From Eledone cirrhosa (taxonomy: Eukaryota): 64,000 bases of DNA. This document shows positions 18,001-31,584 of the stretch, one piece after another. The notes under the pieces were generated by a model, which was given only the letters and a program-made list of their open reading frames with translations, had not been told where the DNA came from and did no database searches. The number at the start of each line of letters is the position of its first letter. The stretch's first letter is position 1. Made by a program: the position numbers and the translations under genes. The stretch is taken from positions 45,011,806-45,075,805 of the forward strand of contig OZ024755.1 of the NCBI GenBank assembly GCA_964016885.1, given 5' to 3'.

Positions 18001-21000
18001 CACAGTTCACAGTACCAACATATACTGTGTACCACAGTTGGCAGTACCAACATATACTGTGTACCACATTTGACAGTACCAACATATACAGCGTACCACA
18101 GTTGACAGTACCAACATATATTGTGTACCACAGTTGACAGTACTAACGTATACTGTGTACCACAGTTGACAGTACAAACATATACTGTGTACCACAGTTG
18201 ACAGTACCATCATATACTGTGTACCACAGTTGACAGTACTAACATATACTGTGTACCAGAGTTGACAGTACCAACGTATACTGTGTACCAGAGTTGACAG
18301 TACTAACATATACTGTGTACCAGAGTTGACAGTACCAACATATACTGTGTACCACAGTTGACAGCACCAACATATACTGTGTACCACAGTTGACAATACC
18401 AACGTATTCTGTGTACCACAGTTGACAGTACCAACATATACTGTGTACCACTGTTGACAGTACTAACGTATAATGAGTACCACAGTTAAAAGTACCAACA
18501 TATACTGTGTACCACAGTTGACAGTACCAACGTATACTGTGTACCACTGTTGACAGTACCAACATATACAGTGTACCACAGTTGACAGTACCAACATATA
18601 ATGTGTACCACAGTTGACAGTACCAACATATAATGTGTACCATAGTTGACAGCACCAACATATACTGTGTACCATACATGACAGTACCAACGTATACTGT
18701 GTACCTCAGTTGACAGTACCAACATATACTGTGTACCAGAGTTGAGAGTACCAACATATACTGTGTACCACTGTTGACAGTACCAACATATACTGTGTAC
18801 CACATTTGACAGTATCAACGTAATGTGTACCACATATTGACAGTACCAACATATACTGTGTACCACAGCTGACAGTACCAACGTATACTGTGTACCACAG
18901 TTGACAGTACCAACGTATACTGTGTACCACAGTTAACAGTACCAACATATACTGTGTACCACAGTTGACAGTACCAACGTATACTGTGTACCACAGTTGA
19001 CAGTACCAACGTATACAGTGTACCACCGTGGACAGTACCAACGTATATGTGTACAACATATTGACAGTACCAACATATACTGTGTACCAGAGTTGACAGT
19101 ACCAACATATACTGTGTACCTCAGTTGACAGTGTCAACATATACTGTGTACCACAGTTGACAGTACCAACATATACTGTGTACCACAGTTGACAGTACCA
19201 ACATATACTGTGTAGCACATTTAACAGTACCAACATATACTGTGTACCACAGTTGACAGTACCAACATATATAGTGTACCATAGTTGACAGTACTAACAT
19301 ATACTGTGTACCACAGTTAACAGTACCAACATATACTGTGTACCATAGTTGACAGTTCCCACCTATACTGTGTACCTCAGTTGACAGTATCAACATATAC
19401 TGTGTACCACAGTTGACAGTACCAACATATACTGTGTACCACAGTTGAGAGTACCAACATATACTGTATATCACAGTTGACAGTACCAACATATACCGTG
19501 TACCACAGTTGAGAGTACCAACATATACTGTGTACCACAATTGACAGTACCAACATATACTGTGTACCACTGTTGACAGTACCAACGTATACTGTGTACC
19601 ACAGTTAACAGTACCAACATATACTGTGTACCACAGTTGACAGTACCAACATCTACTGTGTATCACAGTTGACAGTACCAACATATACCGTGTTACTACA
19701 ATTGAGAGTACCAACATATACTGTGTACCACAGTTGTCAGTACCAACGTATACTGTGTACCACAGTTGACAGTATCAACATATACTGTGTACCATAGTTG
19801 ACAGTATTAACGTATATGTGTACCACTGTTGACAGCACTAACATATGCTGTGTACCACAGTTGAGAGTACCAACATATACTGTGTACCACAGTTGACAGT
19901 ACCAATATATACTGTGTACCAGTGTTGACAGTACTAACATATACGGTGTACCACAGTTGACAGTACCAACATATACTGTGTACTACTGTTGACAGTACCC
20001 ACATATACTCTGTACCACAGTTGACACTAACCACATATACTGTGTACCACAGTTGACAGTACCAACATATACTGTGTACCACAGTTGACAGTACTAACAT
20101 ATACTGTGTACCACAGTTGACAGTACCAACGTATACTGTGTACCACAGTTGACAGTACCAACATATACTGTGTACCATAGTTGACAGTATCAACGTATAT
20201 GTGTACCACTGTTGACAGCACTAACATATGCTGTGTACCACAGTTGACAGTACCAACATATACTGTGTACCACAGTTGACAGTACCAACATATACTGTGT
20301 ACCACAGTTGACAGTACCAACATATACTGTGTACCACATTTGACAGTACCAACATATACTGTGTACCACAGTTGACAATACCAACATATACTGTGTATCA
20401 CAGTTGACAGCACCAACATATACTGTGTACCACAGTTTACAGTTCCAACATATATGGTGTACCACTGTTGACCCTACCGACATATACTGTGTAGCACAGT
20501 TGACAGTACCAACATATACTGTGTACCACAGTTGACAGTACCAACGTATACTGTGTACCACTGTTGACAGTACCAACATATACAGTGTAGCACAGTTTAC
20601 AGTATTAACGTATATGTGTACCACTGTTGACAGCACTAACATATGCTGTGTACCACAGTTGACAGTACCAACATATACTGTGTACCACAGTTGACAGTAC
20701 CGACGTATACTGGGTACCACAGTTCACAGTACCAACATATACTGTGTACCATAGTTGACAGTATCAACGTATATGTGTACCACTGTTGACAGCATTAACA
20801 TATGCTGTGTACCACAGTTGACTGTACCAACATATACTGTGTACCACAGTTGACAGTACCAACATATACTGTGTACCACAGTTGACAGTACCAACATATA
20901 CTGTGTACCACAGTTGACAGTACCAACATATACTGTGTACCACAGTTGACAGTACCAACGTATACTGTGTACCACAGTTGACAGTACCAACATATACTGG

Positions 21001-21791
21001 GTACCACAGTTGACAGTACCAAAATATACTGTGTATATTATCACAGTTGACAGTACCAACATATACTCTGTACCACATTTGACTACCAACGTATACTGTG
21101 AACCACAGTTGACAGTACCAACATATACTGTGTACCACAGTTGACAATACCAACGTATACTGTTTACCGCAGTTGACAGTACCAACATATACAGTGTACC
21201 ACAGTTGAGCGTACCAACATATACTGTGTACCACAGCTGACAGTACCAACATATACTGTGTACCACAGTTGACAGTACCAACGTATACTGTGTACGACAG
21301 TTGACAGTACCAACGTATACTGTGTACCACAGTTGACAATACCAACATATACTGTGTACCACAGTTGACAGTACCAACATATACTGTGTACCACAGTTGA
21401 CAGTTCCAACATATATGGTGTACCACTGTTGACACTACCGACATATACTGTGTAGCACAGTTGACAGTACCAACATATACTGTGTACCTCAGTTGACAGT
21501 ACCAACGTATACTGTGTACCACTGTTGACAGTACCAACATATACAGTGTACCAGAGTTGACAGTACCAACATATACTGTGTACCACAGTTGACAGTACCA
21601 ACATATACTGTGTACCATAGTTGACAGTACCAACGTATACTGTGTACCACAGTTGACAGTACCAACATATACTGGGTACCACAGTTGACAGTACCAACAT
21701 ATACTGTGTACCACTGTTGACTACCAACATATACTGTGTACCACAGTTGACAGTACCAACGTATACTGTGTACCACAGTTGACAGTACCAC
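1..21791. repeat. 32-bp tandem satellite, consensus GTTGACAGTACCAACATATACTGTGTACCACA (roughly 680 units; runs off the left edge)
   Basis: Directly visible 32-bp periodicity with point variants and occasional short indels; abrupt end at ~21791. Confidence 0.98.
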
Positions 21792-21805
21792 CGTATATAT
21801 AATTA

Positions 21806-22838
21806 TATATAACTAGTATTACTGTTATATATATAACTTGGATTACTGTTATATATATAACTAGTATTACTGTTATATATATATAACTTGGATTACAGTT
21901 ATATATATATAACTAGGATTACTGTTATATATATATAACTTGGATTACAATTATATATATATAACTAGTATTACTGTTATATATATATAACTTGGATTAC
22001 AGTTATATATATATAACTAGGATTACAATTATATATAAATCTAGTATTACTGTTATATATATATAACTAGTATTACTGTTATATATATAACTAGTATTAC
22101 TGTTATATATATATAACTAGGATTACAGTTATATATATATAACTAGGATTACAATTATATATAAAACTAGTATTACTGTTATATATATGTAACTAGTATT
22201 ACTGTTATATATATAACTAGTATTACCGTTATATATATATAACTTGGATTACAGTTATATATATAACTAGTATTACTGTTATATATATATAACTTGGATT
22301 ACATTTATATATATATAACTAGGATTACAATTATATATAAAACTAGTATTACTGTTATATATATATAACTAGTATTACTGTTATATATATAACTAGTATT
22401 ACTGTTATATATAACTAGGATTACAGTTATATATATATAACTAGTATTACTGTTATATATATAACTAGGATTACAGTTATATATATAACTAGGATTACTG
22501 TTGTATATATATAACTAGGATTACAGTTATATATACAACTAGGATTACTGTTATATATATATAACTAGTATTACTGTTATATATATATAAGTAGGATCAT
22601 GGTTATATATAACTAGGATTACTGTTATATATATATATAATTAGGATTACAATTATATATATAACTTGGATTACTGTTATATATATAACTAGTATTACTG
22701 CTATATATATATAACTAGGATTACCGTTGTATATAACTAGGATTGCTGTTATATATATATATAACTAGGATAACCCTTATATATATAACTAGGATTACTG
22801 TTATATATATATAACTAGGATTACTGATATATATATAA
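21806..22838. repeat. Minisatellite AACTAG(T/G)ATTACTGTT separated by variable (TA)n
   Basis: Units of about 24-30 bp; length varies only in the TA run. Confidence 0.95.
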
Positions 22839-22855
22839 CAAGATTAATAGCTTGT

Positions 22856-23160
22856 TATGTCCATCTGGATGAATTTACGATTTGTCTTATCATCTATATT
22901 CTTATACCATTCAATGACTTCGTTTGTATCTTTCCACACGCTCAATTTAGACCTCAAATTCAGAGCAGGTAGAATTCTATCAATAATGTTTTACTGATTA
23001 CTCCAATATCTGATTTGGATGGAGCAATCAGTCTAACTGGCAGGTCTTCCTCGAAGTTTCTTTTGTGATCTTTTAAGTTGATTCGCGGCTGCCTAGGTAT
23101 AAGTGTTCTTAATTTGGTAAGGATGAGGACGTACTGTTGAACTTGATTCACTACCTCTGA
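22856..23160 (-). pseudogene. Degenerate Penelope-like RT fragment
   Basis: Translates to LKDHKRNFEEDLPVRLIAPSKSDIGVISK and, after a frameshift, LSVWKDTNEVIEWYKNIDDKTNRKFIQMDI. This matches LKDHKSDFDRKPSIRLINPTKSDIGRISK...LSLWINTQEVISWFSNMEDKRETKFIQFDI of the 61888-63798 ORF. Confidence 0.85.
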
Positions 23161-23442
23161 AATATGTATAACAAAATTTATTTGATCACAAGAATATCTA
23201 TTTTGTTAATATTTGAATTAATATTTATATATATATATATATATATATTCAGGTTTGAGGTTCACCACTGTATAGAGCTGGTCTATTCCGTATGGTCAAT
23301 CGTAATGCAATAATATAGAGAGTACTCAACGTAAGGCAGTTCAACCGTCTTTGTTTTTGTAGTTGATGGTGCTATTACGGAGTTAAATATTATAATTAAA
23401 TGACAGGAAGCTGGATTTGTGTAAATCCTTGAAAGGTTTATT

Positions 23443-23500
23443 ATACTATGATCATTTCAATGACCGGGTTCCGTACGAATCCGGTGATATCATCAGGTAT
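23443..23500 (-). ncRNA. Type I hammerhead ribozyme
   Basis: ATAC-CTGATGA-stem II (ACCGG/CCGGT)-GAAA-TGATCA-TA-GTAT; palindromic stem III; AUA cleavage triplet. Confidence 0.8.
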
Positions 23501-25693
23501 TCGAAATATAATACGTGAATGTAATAGATAAAATCCATGGGGCTTAAAATCGAAGACCCGAGGGCGACCGCTATTCTGTTCCTTCAACCTCAGTCGGTCG
23601 CCCTGGAGTGACGTGGCTAAAGTTTATAGTAGTAACCGGTCAGATAAACGAAAACAGGAAGGGATGGGAACATAAGTTAGCGTCAATCTCATGACACAAG
23701 GTAAAAGAAAGAAAGAAGGGAAGGAGAGAGAAGAAGGGGAAGAAAGAAGAAGAGAAGCCAGGGTTAATGTCAGCTAAAAGAAGAAAGGCAACTACTACCG
23801 GTCAGATATAGGCAAGCAAGAGGGGAGAAGAGAAGGAAGAGAAGAGAGAAGTAGAAAAGTAAGGGTTGATGGCTACAAGAAGGAAGATAGAAAGAAAGAG
23901 GAAGAAAGGTCGACATTAATGTCAGGCCAGGAGTGGCGCGATAAAATGTTCGCAGGGACCCGCATCTTAGCAGAGGTGAATATATTGGGAGTCAGTGTGT
24001 TACAGTGTTTAGACTTCTAGGATGAAGTTAAAAAAATTAATAATCAATATTCAATATTAAAGAGGTTAGAAAATTTAAAGTTCAACAGTTTAACATTTTA
24101 TTATATAATAGTTCCGATTTCTTCTGTAATTTAAAGGTACTATGTGGCGGTTAAAACACCGGCCGCGCCCCGGGCTCCATGGCGAATTAAGCTACGCCGA
24201 GTATTTTCATTTACCGAAAGAAGGGGAAATTTATTTTTCCAAGCACTCCAGGTGAGCTCGTGCGCCAGGGAGCTGGTCGCGCCGCCATTAAAACCCACCC
24301 AAGAGTCCGACAGAAAGTTGGAACTTTAAAATTTTGCTTAGAGAAGTAGAAGAGTAATGGTTGATGGCTACAAGAAGGAAGATAGAAAGAGAGAGGAAGG
24401 AAGGTCGATATTAATGTCACACCACAGTCGGGCCAGGAGTGGTGCGAGAAAATTTTCACAGGGACCCGCATCTTAGCAGAGGTGAATATATTGGGGGTCA
24501 GTGTGTTACAATGTTTAGACTTCTAGGATGAAGTTAAAAAATTAATAATCAATATTCAATATTAAAGAGGTTAGAAAATTTAAAGTTCAACAGTTTAACA
24601 TTTTATTATATAATAGTTCCGATTTGTTCTGTAATTTAAAGGTACTATGTGGCGGTTAAAACACCGGCCGCACCCCGGGCCCCATGGCGAATTAAGCCAC
24701 GCCGAGTATTTTCATTTACCGAAAGAAGGGGAAATTTATTTTTCCAAGCACTCCAGGTCAGCTCGTGCGCCAGGGAGCTGGTCGCGCCGCCATTAAAACC
24801 CACCCAACAGTCCGACAGAAAGTTGGAACTTTAGAATTTTGCTTAACTCTATCGGATGAAGTTGAAAGAATTCAGAATAACATTATAAAACTAAGGAGTA
24901 AGAAGATTGAGAATTGAACAAACAGAAAATTGAAGATTAAACATTCAAATAACTTCTATGAGGTTTTGGGTTGCGGGGTTTAATTTATCTTTCGGTAAAT
25001 GAAAATACTCGGCGTAGCTTAATTCGCCATGGGGCCCGGGGCGCGGCCGGTGTTTTAACCGCCACATAGTACCTTTAAATTACAGAAGAAATCGGAACTA
25101 TTATATAATAAAATGTTAAACTGTTGAACTTTAAATTTTCTAACCTCTTTAATATTGAATATTGATTATTAATTTTTTTAACTTCATCCTAGAAGTCTAA
25201 ACACTGTAACACACTGACTCCCAATATATTCATCTCTGCTAAGATGCGGGTCCCTGTGAACATTTTATCGCGCCACTCCTGGCCTGACCGTGGTCTGACA
25301 TTAATATCGACCTGTCTTCTTTCTTTCTATCTTCCTTCTTGTAGCCATCAACCCTTACTTTTCTACTTCTCTCTTCTCTTCCTTCTCTTCTCCCCTCTTG
25401 CTTGCCTTTCTTCTTTTAGCTGACATTAACCCTGGCTTCTCTTCTTCTTTCTTCCCCCTTCTTCTCTCTCCTTCCTTTCTTTCTTTCTTTTACCTTGTGC
25501 CATGAGATTGACGTTAACTTATGTTCCCATCCCTTTCTGTTTTCGTTTATCTGACCGGTTACTACTATAAACTTTAGCCACGTCACTCCAGGGCGACCGG
25601 CTGAGGTTGAAGGAACAGAATAGCGGTCGCCCTCGGGTCCTCGATTTTCAGCCCCATGGATTTTATCTATTACATTCACGTATTATATTTCGA

Positions 25694-25751
25694 ATACCTG
25701 ATGATATCACCGGATTCATACGGAACCCGGTCATTGAAATGATCATAGTAT
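25694..25751 (+). ncRNA. Type I hammerhead ribozyme (inverted-arm copy)
   Basis: Same fold as 23443-23500; AATAAA follows immediately. Confidence 0.8.
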
Positions 25752-25801
25752 AATAAACCTTTCAAGGATTTACACAAATCCAGCCTCCTGTCATTTCATT
25801 A

Positions 25802-25854
<53 letters not shown>

Positions 25855-25926
25855 AAAATAACAGATTAAAGTTTAAGCAAAGAATCGCTGCTTTCACCCT
25901 TAACGGGATCTTCTGAAAATTTTTTT

Positions 25927-26476
25927 AATAGAAATACTATTAAAATTTCTTACTCTACGACTCCTAACCTTGCACATAACATCACAGCTTCAAATTTAGC
26001 TAAACTACCTAGCCGTAGGAACACGTGCAACCCTGTAGTTAGTACTAACTGTAATTGTAGGAATCGGGTTGATTGCCCCCTATCCAGGAAATGCCTCTCT
26101 AGTAACATTGTCTACAAATGTAAGGTTGTAACACCCACGTCCCGTAGAGCCTACATAGGGTTAACTGCCAATAGATTCAAGCAGCGTCTTTACATGCATA
26201 CCCATTCTAAGAAGGAATATGACGTCACTTTCAGCTTATATCTGGAGTCTAAAAGACAACCACACCCAATATAAGTTACACTGGGAGGTCCTAGCTAGGG
26301 CTAGATCGTATAACGGAAATAAAAGACCATGTGACCTCTGCGCCGCTGAGGCCCTGGAAATACTCTACGCCACAGACCTCATCTTAAACAAAAAATCTGA
26401 GGCAATTTCGGCTTGTAAACATAAATTGCACAAAACTTTCCTGTATTACAGCTCCACGTTATACCCTAACGGATAG
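25927..26476 (+). pseudogene. PLE C-terminal Cys-rich linker plus GIY-YIG endonuclease, frameshifted
   Basis: NRNTIKISYSTTPNLA...CNCRNRVDCPLSRKCLSSNIVYKC...AYIGLTANRFKQRL, then TSLSAYIWSLKDN...PCDLCAAE...LNKKSEAISACKH. Confidence 0.88.
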
Positions 26477-27406
26477 TACGATCTATACGTGGATATTTTA
26501 CGTCTCGATGTGGGAGCTAAGTATATGTTTTGTTTATACCTTTACTTATTTGCATAGGTAAGTATATATTATCCGTATGTTTTGTGAAGGTACGTATACC
26601 TTCTCGTACGTATATTTGATTGTTATGGCGTATAATTTTTTCATATATTCTGGTACATATGGTTCGGCTATGTCTATACGCGAGTTTTGCGTCTGTGTGA
26701 GTATGCAGGTTCGTACGTATGTAGGCCGTGTGTATATGTGTACTTCATGTTTTGGTTGACTTACGTCTCCGAACATTCGTGTATTTACATGTAGGTATGT
26801 GTGTGCGCTTGTTATATACGTATTTATTTATTTATATACGTTTATATAATTATTTATTTATTTGTATACACGCTTACACACACGCACATATTTATATGTG
26901 CGTGGTTTTGTTTACCTATGGTAAGTTTTTGCGTATGCTTGTGTATGCACGTATTTGTTTGCGTGTATGTATTTATTTATTTCTATTACTTCTGTATTGT
27001 ATTTATTTACTTTGTTCTTAACTCTGTAGCGGAGATTCATTCGGTCTCCTAGTTAGAATTTTAGTCTACGACTTCTGCTATACCATTTACGTGGTTTTGT
27101 CTTGGCGTGCTCTTGTTCCCCACGCTCCACATATGACGTATTATCTTCGTTTTTTCGTTCATTGCCAGAGAACGTCTCTATGCACCACCTAAGAGAACAT
27201 TAGTCTACGACCTCTTTTATACCATAAACGTGGTTCTGTCTTTGCGCGTAATTGTTTTTCACCGCTCCTATTAATGACGTATTATTCGTTTTTTCCCGTT
27301 CTTAGCCAGCGAACGTTTCCATGAACCAAAGTATCGTCTTCCTGTCTTCCTCCGGTTGCAACGTTTTTTGAAATATCCAGTTCTGCGTTTACAGATTGAC
27401 TTTGTT

Positions 27407-27457
27407 AGTTTCAGAAGATCCCGTTAAGGGTGAAAGCAGTGATTCTTTGCTTAAACT
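27407..27457 (+). ncRNA. Type I hammerhead-like motif with U4A core (CAGAAGA)
   Basis: AGTTT-CAGAAGA-TCCCGTTAAGGGT-GAAA-GCA..TGC-TT-AAACT; also present at 25871-25918 (-) and 45263-45313 (+). Confidence 0.65.
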
Positions 27458-27564
27458 TTAATCTGTTATTTTAATAAATATTTGCTCTACGGTTCTTATA
27501 TATTTGATATATATTTATCCTTATCGAGCCCTCTTTGGATTTTAGTCTTCAAATTTATTATTAT

Positions 27565-27619
<55 letters not shown>

Positions 27620-27624
27620 TATAT

Positions 27625-29087
<1,463 letters not shown>

Positions 29088-29179
29088 TACACACACATAT
29101 ATATACATATTGGTCAGTCCACTTCTACGAAATGTAATGTAAAAATAACATTTTCTTCTTGTCTCCCCACCCTTCGGTT

Positions 29180-30887
29180 CATCATCATCATCATCATCAT
29201 CATCACCGTTTTACGTCCGTTCTTCCACGCTAGCATGGGTTAGACGGGTTGTCCTGTTGCGGGCAGTGTCTGGTCGGCTGACCATGCCTTGCTCATACAG
29301 GAACTGATCTGGCTTGATTTCTACAGCTGGATGCCCTTCCTAACACCAACCTCATTTACAGTGAGTGCTGGTTGCTTTTTCGTGGTGCCTACACGTCCAC
29401 TTTACAGTGTGGGCTGGGTGCTCTTTTGCCATGGCACCTCCACGACCACCTTGCGGTGGGGGGTGTGGGGGCATATTGTCTATATGCTTCAGCTTGTACC
29501 CATGGGAGGTCGGGTACTCTGTATTACTGCGTGACGCCAGAAGTCACGGTCGTGTGTCATTGCCTTTGAGAGGTGTAATTGGGTAAGGTCGGCTTTTATC
29601 ACCTCATCCCAGGTCATCTTGGGTCTCCCCACTCCGCGGTTTCCATCAACTTCTAGTGCTCTGCACCTTTTTATGCAGCTGTCATCCTTCATACGCATCA
29701 CATGTCCATACCAGCTCAACCGCCTCTCCTGCACACAGCATTTGATTCCTCTTATGCTCAGTCTCTCTCTCAATTCATTTATGCTTTGTCGTTCACGTAT
29801 ATTACTGTTACACATCCATCGGAGCATGCAGGCTTCGTTTCTCTCTAATCTACGTAAGTCTTCCACCTTCAGCGCCCAGGTCTCACTACCATGCAACATT
29901 GCTGTTCGGATACACGCATCATACAGTCTGCCTTTCATTCTGAGGGAGAAGCATTTTGCAGCTAGCAGTAGTAGTAGTTCCCTAAACTTCTTCCATCCCA
30001 TTCTTACCCTAGTTATTGTACTTCCTGAACACCCACCTCCGCTGCTAATTCGGTCACCTAGGTAGCAGAAGCTATCTACTGTTTCTACAGAGCCCTCCCA
30101 GAGATTGGTGGTACTTGTTTCCTGTGGCTGTTTGCTGCTTGCTGTCTCAGCACAGCTGCTGCATGTGAAGTCTACATTCTTAATTAAGCTTCCTGAGATC
30201 CCGCTACATCTCTTGTGTACCCATTGTTTGCATTTGGGGCAGAGAATGGAGTTCCTACATACTGAGCAAGGCCATTTCCCTGAGGGGATCTGGGTTCTGT
30301 TTTCTCGTCTACTTACAAGGACCTTAGTCTTTGTCAGGTTGACTTTGAGACCCTTTCTTTCTAGTCCCTGCTTCCAAGTTTGGAATTTATTCTCTAGTTC
30401 TGCAATAGATTCAGCTATGAGTGCGAGGTCATCAGCATACAGGAGTTCCCATGGGCATCCAGTCTTAAACTCCTCCGTTATTGCCTGCAGGACTATGATG
30501 AACAGGAGGGGGCTAAGAACAGAGCCCTGGTGGACCTCAACCTGTACGCTAAATTCTTCGCTATACTCATTGCTAATCCTAACTTTGCTGACTGCTCCCC
30601 TATACATGGCTTGTACCGCTTTCACAAGCCATTCATCTACTCCTAGTTTTCTAAGAGCCCACCAGATTACAGCACGTGGAACTCTGTCAAAGGTTTTCTC
30701 AAGGTCGACAAATGCCAAGTAGAGTGGCTTACTTTTAGCTAGGTACTTTTCCTGTAATTGCCTCACAAGGAAGAGGGCATCAGTGGTGTCTCTTCCTGGT
30801 ACAAACCCAAATTGCATCTCGTCTATTTTCACCCGGTCCCTAATCAACTGTGCTATAACTCTTTCTGTTACTTTCATGACCTGGTAT
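29180..30887 (-). mobile_element. 5'-truncated RTE-clade LINE (ORF 29489-30877) with 3' UTR and (ATG)n tail
   Basis: QFGFVPGR, FVDLEKTFD, HQGSVLSPLLF, LLYADD, FCYLG, WYGHVMR motifs; (CAT)n on the + strand at the 3' end. Confidence 0.95.
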
Positions 30888-31356
30888 CATTCATCTATAT
30901 ATCTATAATCGCCCAGAATCCAAATCCTACTTCTTAATTGCTATTCTATAATTCTGTCTGACTGTTCTAAATAATCTTCTCCTCGCTACCATTTTGGTCG
31001 AAAATTTTTCCAGGATTCATAAAAATGGCTTCTCTCGGCCCTCTAAATCGCTATCACCCCCCCCCCTCTCTCTATCATATACGTGCCTGTCTCTCTATCA
31101 TATACGGCCCTCTCTCTCTCTCTCGCTCACTCCCTGCTAGCACCAAATATAAATAAACCTGTTACGAGGTACGAATCTGTCAACTCTTATTAATGGTCAG
31201 TCCACTTCTACGAAATGTAATGTAAAAATAACATTTTCTTCTTGTCTCCACACCCTTCGGTTCATTCATCCATATATCTATAATCGCCCAGAATCCAAAT
31301 CCTACTTCTTAATTGCTATTCTATAATTCTGTCTGACTGTTCGAAATAATCTTCTC
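30888..31356 (+). repeat. ~375-bp tandem unit upstream of the RTE ORF (probable 5' UTR), interrupted by the 29180-30887 LINE
   Basis: 30888-30980 recurs at ~31263-31356; 29111-29180 recurs at ~31194-31263. Confidence 0.8.
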
Positions 31357-31584
31357 GCTAACTACCCCATACCCCTGCTGCCCGCCCCCACTCTCCACCT
31401 TTATTATTTGGACCAATCACAAGTCAACGGCCTATGCTATCACTTCTCCTGGTTGCTTTTCGATATGATGGATGGACTAAGGAATTTCTGGAGAGTCTGA
31501 AGAATCTGGACACTCGAAGACAATGCCAAAGATAACGACAAATTCACCTCATGCTGCCGGACGAAAGGCAAGGACTCCTCCTCT

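Larger units (their letters stand above)
23249..25808 (-). mobile_element. Non-coding PLE-type element with ~820-bp inverted arms (~23386-24220 / ~24990-25808) and an internal 505-bp-offset direct duplication
   Basis: Arms are reverse complements; duplicated ORFs at 24144 and 24649 give the 505-bp offset; flanked by (TA)n; hammerhead motif in both arms. Confidence 0.8.
25852..27570 (+). mobile_element. 5'-truncated PLE with GIY-YIG remnant, long 3' UTR and short inverted pseudo-LTR at the 5' end
   Basis: 25852-25918 is the reverse complement of ~27409-27475; coding remnant is homologous to the C-terminus of the 61888-63798 ORF; flanked by (TA)n. Confidence 0.88.

Noticed and set aside
1-21791. 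Dozens of long minus-strand ORFs (MLVLSTVVHSICWYCQLWYTVYVGTVNCGTQY repeats)
   Set aside because: The 32-bp consensus lacks minus-strand stops in all frames; indels shift frame freely and the same peptide appears in all three frames.
1-21791. CRISPR-like appearance (GTTG...CAAC, 32-bp period)
   Set aside because: No unique spacers, no cas genes, eukaryotic context.
24144-24834. Duplicated 61-aa ORFs MAVKTPAAPRAPW
   Set aside because: GTG starts, no recognisable motif, and they arise from the 505-bp duplication in a non-coding element.
29619-30722. Antisense ORFs overlapping LINE RTs (also 53730-54387, 62963-63820)
   Set aside because: Shadow ORFs on the opposite strand of the retroelement coding sequence.
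31490-31575. CTGAAGA...CGAA and CGAAA motifs upstream of the RTE ORF as a possible ribozyme
   Set aside because: Consistent hammerhead or HDV-like stems could not be built by hand.
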